A stretch of DNA of 64,000 nt from Utricularia gibba (lineage: Eukaryota > Plantae > Magnoliophyta), in NCBI GenBank assembly GCA_002189035.1, contig NEEC01000011.1, positions 124,001 to 188,000 on the forward strand. Direction: 5' to 3'. The notes below the pieces were generated by a model. It was not told the origin of the DNA and did not search any database. It was given only the letters and a program-made list of their open reading frames with translations. Position numbers and translations under genes: made by a program. This document shows, one piece after another, positions 51,204 to 64,000 of this stretch (positions are counted from its first letter, which is position 1; each line of letters starts with the position of its first letter).

Positions 51204-53811
51204 CTAATGGTCATATTTTTCAGCATTCAAAGATATGCTCATTTCATGGCATTCATTTCCAATTGGCATCATTCCTGTAGTAATAAAATGAACAATATCA
51301 ATAGAACCTCGTTCCCAGTTTGTAGTCTTACTTGAGAATAGTTGTTCGCTGGGAAACGCTTTTGCAATTATGCAATCTTCAATCCTGTTGAGTTTCCTAG
51401 AATTATTGACAAAAACATTTGTCCCCACAATATTATCCAAAATTTCTTTTGGATTCTAGAGGAATTCCTCAAACAAGGTTGTTTCTTGATCCGAGCTGAG
51501 ACCATTAGAAAGTCTAACAGAATCTTCATGCTTATCATCCATTGAAATGTGTTGCATGTGAGCATCCAAAAGCTTTAGATTCAAGATTTTCTCTTCTTGT
51601 TCACCTCCAAGAGCACTCAAATACTCTAACTTTGTCTCAATGTTTGTATTCTCAAGAAATAATTCTTCATATTCTTTTCCCTCTTCATAGATTTCATCTT
51701 TCAAGTATTCTTCAACAAATTTTCCTGTTGGCTCCATAGAAGAAACTCTTTTAAAATCACTTGGAGAGTTTATAATATCCTTCATATGAAGTATGATCTT
51801 TTCTTCATCAAGAGACATCTCAATTTTTTCCATCTTGACATTAATAAATGCATTTGAGGTGCTCAAAAATGGTCATCCCAAAATTATGGTAGTGTCCTTT
51901 GATCCTCCAGTAGGCATATTGATTACATAAAAATCAGTTGGAAATATTAGATACTCAATTCCAATTAGGACATCTTCTACCAAACCTTTGGGAGAAATGA
52001 CACTTCGATCCGCCAATTCAATTTGCACTCCGGATGCTTTCAAGGGTCCCAATCTAAGAGCTTCATAAACTGAATATGACATCACATTAACAGAAGTCCC
52101 TAAATCAGCCACAGCTCTCCTGATATTCAAATCTCCAATTTTGCAAGGAATGAAAATGTACCTGGATCCTTGCATTTTTTAGAAAGCTTTTGAGTGAGCA
52201 ATGTTGAACAACTCTCACTTAAAAATACCTTTCCTTTTTCCTTCATCTTGGGTTTGGACATGCAAAGATTCTTCAAATATTTCACAATTTTCGGTACCAT
52301 GGAAATATAGTCCAAAATAGTTAAATTAAGTTGAGCATTACCCAAGATCTTCAAAATCTTCTCCTTTTCATCTTGATCTTCTTTTGTCTTCAATTTTTCA
52401 TGAAATGGAGATTGAATGATCTTTACTTTATGAGGTTCTCAACGAACCACCACTTCTTCATTGTCTTTAACCGCAACACCAAATTCCTGCTTCTCGTCTA
52501 TCTTAGTCTTAGATCGGACTAAGTCTCTATCGGGTTTCTCCTTGCTGTTCCTCAATGTCATGGTGCTGCAATTCAATCTTCCGTTAGAATTTGAAGATGA
52601 TGTTGTTCTTACTTTTTCAATTCCCCAAGCTCCAGTATCAATTGAGTCTCCAAATTCTTGATAGATTTTCTATTTTCATCTTCAATTGTTGTTCTTCCGT
52701 TAGATTGGATCATGAACATTTTCATCATTTCTTCCAAAGAATTACTAGCACACCCTCCAGTGTTGCCTTCATTTGAGCCTTCAAAATGCTGTTGGTTTTG
52801 CTGGTTTTGTCTTTGAAATAGAGGTGCGTGATATGATCTTTGCTCCTGAAAATTTTGCTGCCCCATTGCTGAGCTCTCCCCCTTATAAGAATTTTCGTTG
52901 CTGCTCCAACGAAAATTTGGATGATCCCTCTAGCTTGGGTAGTAATATTTGAATATTGATCATATTTCTTCCTCTGCTGGATCTCCAAATATTCCATAGC
53001 TTTCACGTGCTCTTCTTCAAATGAATCTGGGCACTTGTCCGAAACATGCCATGTTCTATGACAGTTTATGCACGGCATGTTCTTGACCTGGAATAAGAAT
53101 AGCTCCTTCATCATTTCTGACATAGCACCAACATTTTTTTTGAGGTCAATCTCTGCAGCCTTGGGCTTATTCCCCACTTCATATATTCTCTTATTTGAGG
53201 TTTGCTTTCTTATAATATGCCTGGAATGCTCAGCCAACTCCTCAAGTAAAGAAAGAGCTTTGGTTGGTGTCTTTTTTCTCAAGAATTCCCCTACTAATGA
53301 GTCAACCATGGACCTATCAGTACACATCAATCCATCATAGAAATATTTGACCAAAGAAGCAGATTGAAAACCATTGGTGAGGACAAGATCCAAGCAATTG
53401 ATTAAACCTCACCCAATACTCATGAAGTGACTCCTCAGTCATTTGCACAATGTCACTGATTTTTTTTCTAAGTTCTTCAGCCTTAAGAAGCAGGCAAATA
53501 TTTGCTCAAGAATGCTTTCTTCATGCCAGCCAAAACTGATATGCTTTTCGGTTTCAAGTAATTAAACCACATCCTTGATCCTCCTTCCAAAGTAAATTGA
53601 AATGCCCTCAAACAAATTGCTTTTTCCATCACTCCAGAACTTTTAAATGCTCGTGTGTATTTTCTATAATCTTTCCATAGAACTTTGACAAAAAATTAAT
53701 CATGGCTGGTTTAAGTTTACTTACTGCGTCATCTGAAAATTTGATACACAATCCCTTGTAAGTGTGATCAGCAGCATCTAATTCATTCTATGTCTTCTCC
53801 TGTTCGGCCAT
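51204..53811 (-). pseudogene. gag-protease polyprotein remnant of the family A element
   Basis: gag ORFs 53393-52725, 52866-52609 and 52393-52127. Protease IPCKIG...AVADLGTSVNVMS...DFYVINM...IILG (52175-51873). The diverged linker ends near the RT start. Frameshifts and stops are present. Confidence 0.85.
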
Positions 53812-54587
53812 TTTCAGATTTGGGGGGTTACGGTATGATTTTTCCTCAACTTAACCACCTCCCTTGATTTTTTTGCGGTTCCCTCAAGCAGCCCTCTTGA
53901 CCTCAAGATTGAAATCGAAATTCCCTGCACCAAAGGACAAATGCATCAACTAAAAATGCAAAATATTTGAACACTGTTCCCCGGCAATGACGCCAATTCG
54001 ATAAACGAAAATTTCCTAATGTTGTGGAAAAAATAGAAATTTCGTATCAAATAAATTTATAAGCCCTAATCTACACAAAATATAAATTTAGAAAACTTGT
54101 ATAGTGGATGTCGGGGTCAATCACAAGGAGCTTGTGCTTGCTAAGTGTTTTAATAAATGCATAATTCCAAATAACAGTAGATCTTAGTCTAAGCTCGGAC
54201 TAGCAGTGGCAAGTGAGTTCAGTAAACGAAATCAGGTTTCAATGCAATAGGTAACAACTACTAATTCTAACTTAGAAAAATACATAGATGACTTAAAGGT
54301 ATGCAGGTGGTGTGGTGCTATTAGGTCTACCTGCATGCAAAGGGTATAAAACTAGGTCTACCCGATTCTACTGGTTCTACCCCGGATTAACACCAACTGT
54401 TCCCGTCTTTATTTGTTGGTCTACCTCTAAATCAAGCATCTTAGTTGTGAAGCTACTTATTCCTCTCCTTAGGTCTACCTATGGATTGATAGAAACAATA
54501 ACTAAGAAACAATGATGAATTTTAGTAAGAATGTTAGATCCACACCTCCATGCTTCACCTTAAAACATCCCTAGGGTTCTAGCTACT

Positions 54588-55795
54588 TGTGAGGATGCAA
54601 GCTTTAAGGACTTTACTCTTTAGTTTTAACTTGTTTTACTTTATACCAACCTAGCCAATCAAATGTATCCAAGTGACAACCACTAAGTGCGTGACATGTG
54701 TCATCTCGCATGTGCGCCACTTGTACGTCATGCATGTGTGCCACATGTGGCATGCAAAATAAGGAGGAGATGTAGATGGGAATATATATATGATGGAATG
54801 TAAGGTTACTTTATTTTATTTTTGAGTTTTACAAAAGGTAAGGAGGAGAGGTTTGAAGGAAAGGTTATAGTGACTTCAGTGAATAAAGCTTTAGAGTTGG
54901 TTTGGAGTCTAAGGTGTTAAGGTAAGTGGCATGATTGCTTTTGAATATTAGTGTTTAATTTCCATTACTCTGGACATGATTGTGTCTATACTCAGAACCC
55001 TTTTATGTTACATGAAAGTTTTAACAAGGGAGTGGGTTATTTCATGTTATTTCAGAAAAAGCTATTTTTGAGTCTCAAAAGTATGATTCTTTCCACTGAT
55101 AGCTGCCCTTGTTATTTTTAAGATGATATTTGCAATATGTATCTCTATGTACTATGTGATAAACAAAATAGAAAAGAATGGAGGGGATATGGACGCATAT
55201 CTTCAGTAACGTGGTTGTACCACGGGCACTATGGCTAATATGTTAGACATGTCTGAGCGTGGAACCATGAACAAGGGCACCTTATATCTCACTTATCATG
55301 GACTGATAGCAAGGTCTAGGCTAGATGGACATGAGAAGTGAGAAAAGATAGCTATGGGGACTCACAATGTGTTTCAAGTTTCTTTTATAAATTCTTTATA
55401 TTCTTTCTTGATCTTCACTTGTTTTAAAACTCAAAAGCATGACCACTCTTTTATTTATTTTAGGGGATGAAAGGAGCCAGTAGAGGTCCAGTGATCAACC
55501 ATGCTTTCCAGAGTTCTATGAATATGAGTATATAGTAGTGTAGCTTGTTTACTAGGTTTGTATGATTATATATGTATGTATAATATACTTTTTGGTTTGA
55601 ATCTATTTCATTATGGACTTATGAACTATGTTATACAAAAGTACTTGGATAAAGTGTTATATCCAGTTTACATATGTAACTACCCATTTACTGTTATTAG
55701 ATCATGTAATGAAAGATACCATGAGTTCTAATGTTTTAGCTAGGGCTAGGTGGTCATGACTCATCTTTCCCGGGCCCTAAAAGTGGGTCGTGACA
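54588..55795 (+). mobile_element. Solo LTR, Tekay/Del-like, nested in the family A 5' LTR
   Basis: TGTGAGGATG...GGGTCGTGACA (1208 bp), perfect TSD CTACT. The sister LTR has uninterrupted AGCTACTCATAC. Confidence 0.9.
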
Positions 55796-56458
55796 CTACT
55801 CATACTTTGAAGGCAAAACATGATAACATTAACATGAAGCAACGAAAATGTCAAGGACATCGTGAAAGAGTTGGTTTCAGAAACTGAAAAACATCAACAT
55901 ACGAAAATAAAGCAGTAAGAGATTTGGTTTCCGTCTGCTACTGTTCCCCAGTTGGAACAGTAGCACTGGACTGGGCTCTGCTGCTGTTCTTGAGGATGAA
56001 GTTCTTCTTCTCCTCTCCTGGTTCATTACTCGTCGTGTTGGGGGAGAAGCCCCCTCGTGCACTCCCTGTTCGCTACACGTTCCCTCTTTTTCGAAAAATA
56101 TCTCCCCTCCTTTACTCCATTGTGTTGTTCTTGACACTAGCACTGTTCCTAACCTGAACCTGCAGACTGTGGACTGCAGAATAGTGTATTATGTCTCCTC
56201 TTTTAATGCTGTCCATTCTTCCAAATCTCTACATGCACAAAATTCATGTCTCCTCCCTAATTTTAGAACTTTACTGCTAGACTAGAAAAAATGTTAATAA
56301 CATGGGATGGGCTAAATCAAAGGATATAGCCCATTAACACATAAAATTACATTATGTCCTAAAATTTGTAAAAATACTAAAAACTATAAGATAAACACTT
56401 AAAACATGATTAAAAAACATAATTTTCTTATTCTAATAGGAAAATTCGTGTGTTATGA

Positions 56459-57400
56459 CTTGCAAAGATCCCAATTTAAGTTATTTACAAATTGAATATG
56501 ACATCATATTGATAGAAGATCTTAAATCATCCAGGGCTCTTCTTATATTCAAATCTTTAATTTTGCATGGAATGAAAAATATGTCCGATTCTGTACATTT
56601 TTTTTGATAACTTTCAAGTAAGCATTGTTGAATAATAATCATTGAAAAACACATTTTATTTTTATTCCAACTTGGGCTTGGACATTCAAAGAATTTTCCC
56701 CAATGAATTGAAAATCTTCACTTTTTCAATTTGTTCTTTTGATTTGGTTTAGGGTTTAGGGTTTCTAAGGAAAGAGAGTTAGTTAACCTCACCTTAATAG
56801 GTTTCTAAGGAACCTAAGTAAGCATCCTCTTCATCTTTTTTTAACAACATCAAATTCCTATTTGGTCTCACATTGGACTAACTTGCTATTGATTTCTACT
56901 TTCAATTCCTAAAAACCATTCCATTGCAATTCAGTATTTTGGGAGAATTTGATTCTTATGTTGGCAGTTTTCCTTTTTGTTTCAACTCTCCATACTAATA
57001 GAATTGAATATCTATGGTTTTAATTGGATGGCAATTTTCTAATTTGTTTTTCATTGATTATGGCATAAAAGTTTTCATCCTTTCCTCCAAAAAACTTCTT
57101 GGATTTCCTTCAGCATTGTTTTGATCTCAAGATTCAAATTGATGGACTTGTTTCTGAAAAAATGGAGCTTATTTCTTATATTTTTCTAACCTACATTTGA
57201 ACTTTCATACTCATAAAAATTGTCATTGTTGTTCCATCAAAAATTTCAACGATCTTTCCATCTAAGGTTATAAGAATTTGAATATGGATCATATTTATCC
57301 TTGAGTTGAGGCTTTTAATATTGCATATCCTCAACATGCTCTTCTTGAAATAATTCTACACATTTATTGTATTTTCATATATGTTTTTACGAGTATTTAG
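56459..57400 (-). mobile_element. Older Athila gag-protease remnant (host of the 49092-56458 insertion)
   Basis: FFIPCKIKDLNIRRALDDLRSSINMMSYSICK*LKLGSLQ continues as AFEVEIVL left of 49092. The right boundary is approximate. Confidence 0.7.
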
Positions 57401-58626
57401 TGTGGTTAAAAGTTGTTTTGTGTGTCAATTATTTTCTTTTATGTATCTAGTTGGTAGGAATGGGTTATTATAAAAATAGGCTCAATTGGCAAGAATTGAG
57501 TTAAAAACTATAATATGTACTTCTAGTCTATGTTTAACTTTCAACAGGGTAAGAATTAATATTGAAAGTGCATTATCTATGTTAAGAAGTAAAAAGGGGA
57601 GAAAACCTGAGAGAAATCATCTTTTAGCTGAAAACAGCCGACCTCTTAAAAGAAAATATATCGATCAAAGATTTTCCTTCTACAATTTCATAGAAAAGAC
57701 ATAAATACCCTTCTTTTGAGCGATAGTTTCCAGATCTACATTTCGAGAGCAGATTTACCACCGAAACTTTAAGTTCTAATAGATGTAGCCCTCATTTTCT
57801 ACCCTTCTATTTCTGACTTTGAATGTGTTCGTGTATTTTATGCTTTTCTTGCAATTCTGGTACTTGGTTGAACGAGAAACTTGTTGTATACACTATTTTA
57901 GTTTATGAACTTATTTCTGCTTGACTTCTTCAATTCCAAGTTCTTGAGTTTAATATGGCATCAGACCTCACACTCTTTTTCTTAATTGCTAGGTGTGATT
58001 AAGTTGAGTTTATGCCTAAAGACTTTTTAAGTGACAAGAACTAGATCATGTTGTAAACCTCAATCGAATCACTTCCCTTTTGTGTTTCATGAGCATTCAC
58101 GACATTCTCTAAACTCTTTTCACCTTGTAACGTGTTCACGACATTTATTGTTATTTTATATCTTATGCATGTAAAAACTAAATTCTTTAGGCCCCTATTT
58201 TCAGTAAGTGTAAAGGACTTAGAGGAATTGCAATCATTCCGAATGGATTCGAATTTTACTTGTTACACTACATTAATTTCTATGATTTATTTAAAGGAAT
58301 ACTTAGTTGTATAAATTTCTTTTAATGTATTGAAATGCTAAACCATGGCATTTAGCAAGATTTTAACATTCATCAACAATGTCCAATTTCATAAACCAAA
58401 ATTCTTACATCAACCATGGCACTAGTCCTTGCTTGGAGCAGTGATGCCTTGAAATCGGAATGAGTTCGACAACTGAAAGAAAATTTCTCCATGTTCTTAT
58501 TTCTAGTTCATCTTCTTCCCTCCCTCTTGGTTTTTCTAGTGTTGTCTTATTAGAATTCTTTCAATAATAATCCCCCTTTGTTTTCCATTTTCCTAAAATA
58601 TCTTCATGCTTTTATATTCTGTACTG

Positions 58627-59774
58627 TGATAAGTGATTTTATGTCGTTCTAAAACATGTTCTTCCACTACTTTTGAGTGTTGTTTTTACTTATCTTAGAC
58701 CCCATTTTCTCATTATTCTCAATTGATTTTGTATCTTTCATACTACTTTGATCTTTTTGGAGAGAAATTGTATTTTGTGGATTTTTATGGTACTTTTGGA
58801 TCAATTTGAAAAGAAACAAGATCCACCAAATTATGGACTTGATGGGCCACAAATCTCAACCCAAGACTTGATCAAACAATGAAGATTTGGTCCAAGATTC
58901 GTGGAAAAGATAGAGATATGAAGAAGATCTTCGAAATTTGGATAAAAGATTTGGATAGAAGATTTTATCCAAGCCTATCGAATAATCTCAATACGGAGAC
59001 TTGAATTTACTCTCCTATAAATACCTCATCCTTTCAACCATTAGAGACGTCTTTGACCACTTTTCCTTTGTACTTTTCCTATTTTCATGTCTATTTTCAT
59101 GTTAGAGTCAAGTCTGCGTGTGTAGGCGCTTGCGGTTGAGGATTTGCAATGAAGCCTTACTTGCACAAGTCCTGCGTGTGTGACTATTTTACTATATTTT
59201 TCAACATTTAAATTGAGGTTTGATTTTGTTTTTCGCAATGTTTTCTTTACCAACGTGCTCTTTAGTATCACATAACTTGAAGGGAGTGTGAGAGAATCAA
59301 AGATCGGCATCAAGCACCTAAGGAGAAGGGCTCCATCGGACATCGTTGATAAGCTACATTCTGTTAAATCTGTCTGTGAGGTGTGAGATGTAAGGGCTTA
59401 GATTTGGATGTGGGGAAAACATGGGTTATCACAAGAGGTGAAATGACTTTGGTGGCATGGTTGATTCCATAATCCCACAAAACAAGGGACGGTGCTATAA
59501 CGGTCACCGAGTAGCACTACTTTAGAATAACACCCCCAAAGCTTTCGCAATCAGGTCAGTCTTCAAGGTTTGCACACACGCAAAAGGCAAGTTTTGAGCA
59601 AGGCGGATCTTCGATCCAAGACCACTTTTCTTATTGTCTTCAAAACCAAATCTTTCTTTTTTTCGGTTTTTTTAAGTCTTTGTTTTGAAAAGAAAATTCC
59701 AATAACAATTCCCTGTGGATACGATCTTCCTTTATTATTTCGACGGTTTCTGTTTACTTGTAGAATCACCATCA
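58627..59774 (+). mobile_element. Solo LTR, family B copy 3
   Basis: TGATAAGTG...GAATCACCATCA (1148 bp), perfect TSD TACTG. Confidence 0.93.
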
Positions 59775-61277
59775 TACTGCTCATGGCCTTTTTTTAGATT
59801 TATTTTGTGAATTGGATTCCGCTTGATTGTCTGCGGTTCCAATGCCTGATTTTCAGCCTTGAGTTCAAATTTGCATTTTTCAAAAACTAGGTGATTACAC
59901 TAATCTACCATATTTCCATTGCATATGTCGTGCTTCATCGATTTTATAAATATAAATCAGGCATGGTTTATTTCTAACACTTAGTTAAATATTAGAAAAC
60001 ATAAAGTGAACTAAATTGTTGATTTATATCATATTTATCCATAAAAATATTAAAAAAATACTTAAATTATCAAAATATTGAAAATATCAAATTACTCTAA
60101 TTTCATAATATGAAATGAGTAGCAAAATGTTTAATTATCAAGAGTTAGATAGGATTATGAAAATCACAATAACAAATAAATAACCCAAAAGATGTCCCAT
60201 ACTCCATTTATCTATCGAGAAGTATGTTGACTCTATCATGACTAGGTTGATCAACCATGCCATTCATATAAATGATGCATATCACTATAAAAAATTTATA
60301 TACTGTTTATCATAGACATCATTCAACCTTTCACCACCCTGCCAATAGGGTCTCCCTATCATATTTCTTTATGCCCTTAACATAGCGATGAAGGAATGAA
60401 ATGGGATCGAGTGGGCTGCGGCTTATTGTCAATAGTCTCACTAACCTTAGTACTCATAAAAAAATGGGAACTCTATTTATTATAGAATTTTGATTCAATT
60501 CTACAATCGATATATATCATTATTTAATTATAAATTGAGACAATTTAAAAACTTTTGAAGGTAACTAAATACCTAATACATATGCACTTTAAATAATACA
60601 TTCCATCACACACCTTTATACAAATCCAATTGTTGTTCACAATACATGGAATTATGTTTAAAAATGATTATCAAAAAGAATTTATTGAAACTAATGGAAA
60701 TTGTTAACAAATTATCCTTAAATTCTCATTCTAAAAGAGAATTTATCAAATCGATGATTAATTGCCCAAAAGTAGACTCTCTAATCGATGATTAATTTTT
60801 CATTTTACAAATAATATGGTCATGATTTCAAGCCCTAAATCCTAAATATCCAAAACTGCAATTTTGAGAGAATTTTCAATGAAACCTGAAACTAACCTAA
60901 CTCTAACCCTAAATGTAAATCAATTTCAAAATCGTATCTCAATTACAATTCTGAACACAAAATGATGCAAAACAAGTTCATAGTCCTACTAAATGATAAG
61001 TAATTTTGTGTAATTTCAAAACATGTTTTTCACCATACTTATCGAACTTATTTTTGAATGATGTACAATGTTGGGTTTTTGATGGGATCCTAAGCTCTAA
61101 TCCTTATCTTATCGAACTCTAGATATGTCCTTAGAGCATTTGATGCGTTTGTGAACTTTTTGCTTCCAATGCAATATGTTCAAAAAACACAACCCACAGC
61201 ACAAGAAATGTTGCAATTCAGGAGTCTTATCTCGATGGAAATGTGATTCATGGTTTCCTGAACACACAAGAACTCGA

Positions 61278-61298
61278 GAAGAAGAAGAAGAAGAAGAA
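61278..61298. repeat. (GAA)7 microsatellite
   Basis: Direct reading. Confidence 0.9.
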
Positions 61299-62125
61299 AG
61301 ATATTTTCTATATCTTGTAGGTGTAAACAACATAATTCATCTATAATTTGAATAGATTCAAAACAACAAAACTCTCCAACGCTCAAATTAGCCAAAGCTT
61401 GACTAATATACATAAATACGTATCATCTTGTTTAAAGATTTTGTAATGCATGATTGTGTGGGGAGTCTAACAACATGTATATGAGGGCAAGCCCAACAAG
61501 ATGATCCCAAAACAACTTATATAATGAAAAGAGAACAATGGCGTTGCTGTACACATCTCACACATGTATATTTCCTAAACCCTAGAAATTTAAGGCCATA
61601 AGGGTGCCATTATGCATTCATTCATACTCATATTCTTATAGATATACATATATATGTACTTATATATATACATATGTATAATCAAATATCTATATAAAAT
61701 AAGATGAAAAATTCATTTTTATAGGTTCTTGATCATTCATGCTCTACTAAATTTATATGATGAACAGTAATTCTCTCTGATAGCATATGAGGAAATTGAC
61801 CATCATTCTTTGGTCTTAAAAGGTTATTGATACGGTGCTTCACATGTAGATACTATAGAAGCTATCTATTGTTGATAGTTTGGTGAACTAAGTTCATTAA
61901 AAGATACTTTGGTATTGCTTTATCTTATTTATGTGGTGTTTCAAGATCTACGATTTAAGTTTCTCAAAAAGTTTTAAAATTCTGCAATTTTTGTGAAATA
62001 CGATGTCTATGAAAAACCAAATGGATAAATGATAATTGCAAGCATGGAATACATATTTCCTATGTCCCTTTAACTTAGAATCACATAATTTACTTACAAT
62101 TCAAATACATTTTAAGCTATATGAC

Positions 62126-62374
62126 TCAACAACCAATGAGTAAATTCAAGTCTGATTTCATTCGTAATGTCTTAAAAACCCTATAAAAACCCCAATCATT
62201 GAGATATCTCGCAGTCCTCTCCTCCCATGATTTGTCTGTCAAGAATTTGTAGTTGAGTTTGAATTGCATCGCTTTACAATCTGATTTTTGTAATAGACCA
62301 TAAGTAATGTGTTGCTGCTGCATATCCAACAGACTTGAATCCTGAAGATCATGAACTCTTAAATATGAGAACAT
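62126..62374 (-). pseudogene. Plant mobile domain (PMD; MAIN/PP7-long-form-like) N-terminal remnant, probably MULE-derived
   Basis: DSSLLDMQQQH...ERTARYLNDWGFYRV...DLNLLI matches the recalled PMD consensus DPSLL.LQ.QH...RI..YL..AGFY.V...D.ALI. Preceded by an acceptor (ttttttttgtag) and, at 62760-62880, GC-rich CCATTGGAA motifs and a hairpin. Confidence 0.6.
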
Positions 62375-63875
62375 GTCAATCTACAAAAAAAAATTACATA
62401 TTTAATAAGAAATAGTATAATAAAATAATAAATTAAATATATTAATCAATAATAAAAACATATTATTCATAAAAAAATCTTATGTTAATGTAAAAAAAAT
62501 TAAAAAAATTCATAAATATCATATGAAAAATTAATAAACAAAATGATTAATCAAATAATAAAAAATAAAATAACTAATTTGATTGTTCTCGTGTAATAAA
62601 AAAATTAAAATTTCAAAACTTACGAATATAAAAAATATATATAAAAATTTAATAATCTCATCATTATAATCAAAATATTTTTTATTCAAAATTTTACAAT
62701 TACAAAATATGAAGTATGATGAGAATATATATATTAATAAGATAATAAGAGGACGAGTGAGCCTCCCATTGGAAATGAGATGGGAGGGTGGACTCGTTGC
62801 CATTGGAAGCCAGAGACATCACTATGGATGGTGCCTTGCAGTAACACATAGCAAGGTGCCATCAATGATGATGCCATGATGTAATTCGTTGTACATTGCT
62901 TTTTTTGTTTTAATATTTTTTAAAATATTAATTTTAATAATATATATTTACTCATTTAATTAACAAATTAAAATCCTAATCATTTTCTCATATTTTCATC
63001 TATTCTCACCTTGAATGTTTGATAATTAATTATTGATTGTCATCGTTGTCGGTCATCCAAAATTTGATAATCATTGTTCATTGATTATCACTTTAATTTT
63101 TATTTCTCTTTTTATAAATGTTCAATTTTTGATTAAAAATTATTTTATTTTAATATTTCAAAAATAATTTATATAATTTATATATTATAAATTGAAATTA
63201 ATTTGACACTTATAATTTTTCAAATCAAGTATTGATGTATTCGAATCCATGAATCTAAGAATCTATGCACCCAAACCAATATATCCTAGCTTTGTGGTGA
63301 AAACAATTTCCACTAAATGCATAGTCTTCATTTCAATTTATATAAATTGAAATTACATGCATTCATGAAACACGAAATATTTTTCAAATATTCAAAATGT
63401 ATTAATTTAAATTCAAATAAATATAAACAAGATAATAATTCTGCACTCCAGCCAAATGACCCCTTGGAGGATTATGAGCCAATGTCTAATTATATGAAGG
63501 ATGGCATTCTAAAATGTGTGAAGAGGCAACATGGCTTGAGGTGTGTTGTATATTTTGAAAGAACTAAAGACAACACACATAATAAACGTTTTTTTATTAT
63601 ATTTTGAAATGATAAAATATTAAACAAGAGAGGAAAAGTTATGGGGGTAATCCAACCCATCGGCTACTTATTTAATAAATATATATTTGTTACTATCGTG
63701 TGTGTATATCATATGGAGCGGAGGATCCCGATCTCTTCTCTTATCCCGGCTTCCTTATCCCCGAGCCAACCATACACCACATAGCTACCCTTTGGGGTGT
63801 GGCAGCCCCTGAACCCCGGGATCCGAACCACACAAAATCACTTGTGTCTCCACCCCCCATCCCTCACACCACGCC

Positions 63876-64000
63876 ATGAATGACGCAGTGGACAAGCTCG
63901 TGCTCTTCCTCGGAAAGAGAAGCGGGATCGATAAGCTCGTGAAGACCATCCAGTACACTTCCAAATTGGCGCACTGGCACCTGCTCAAGACCCACCCCGA
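63876..64000 (+). CDS. PEX11B: Peroxisomal membrane protein PEX11B-type, 5' part (runs off the window)
   Basis: MNDAVDKLVLFLGKRSGIDKLVKTIQYTSKLAHWH matches the recalled PEX11b N-terminus (DKLVVFLAKRDGIDKLVKTFQY). Confidence 0.9.
   Translation, partial: MNDAVDKLVLFLGKRSGIDKLVKTIQYTSKLAHWHLLKTHP

Larger units (their letters stand above)
49092..56458 (-). mobile_element. TSD-flanked non-autonomous Athila-type element (family A): LTR-PBS-gag-protease-LTR
   Basis: 5' LTR 56458-53999 and 3' LTR 50385-49092. PBS TGGCGTCATTGCCGGGGA (~53995-53978, tRNA-Asp type). Perfect TSD CTTGC (49087-49091 and 56459-56463). The 3.6-kb internal region has no RT core, RNase H or integrase, and no canonical PPT. 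Confidence 0.92.

Noticed and set aside
56748-56761. TTTAGGG x2, and CCCTAAA-like motifs at 60830-60915, as interstitial telomere
   Set aside because: Too short; such motifs are common in plant TEs and promoters.
1-64000. rRNA, tRNA, organellar insertions, endogenous pararetrovirus, CRISPR-like arrays
   Set aside because: None recognised; the tRNA-like matches are retrotransposon primer-binding sites.

Overview
Angiosperm nuclear DNA: a few intact genes separated by deeply nested retrotransposon and DNA-transposon debris, which covers most of the window. Intact genes are importin alpha (minus, 10 exons, 534 aa), a 15-exon coiled-coil gene (441 aa, one GC-AG intron), an intronless Pro-rich, probably GPI-anchored cell-wall protein, and the 5' end of PEX11B at the right edge. 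At the left edge lies a broken LLM-domain B-class GATA gene with half of its zinc finger missing and a frameshift. Termini and target-site duplications resolve an insertion history. An Ac-like hAT element was hit by a solo LTR. A CRM-type element carries two nested stacks. A TSD-flanked Athila-type element encodes only gag and protease; it sits in the protease of an older relative and carries a Tekay-type solo LTR. MULE remnants include a plant mobile domain fragment upstream of PEX11B. I did not find a convincing wholly new biological system. The best leads are the GATA remnant, the locally abundant non-autonomous Athila family, and TE-borne accessory genes. All family assignments come from recalled motifs, not database searches.
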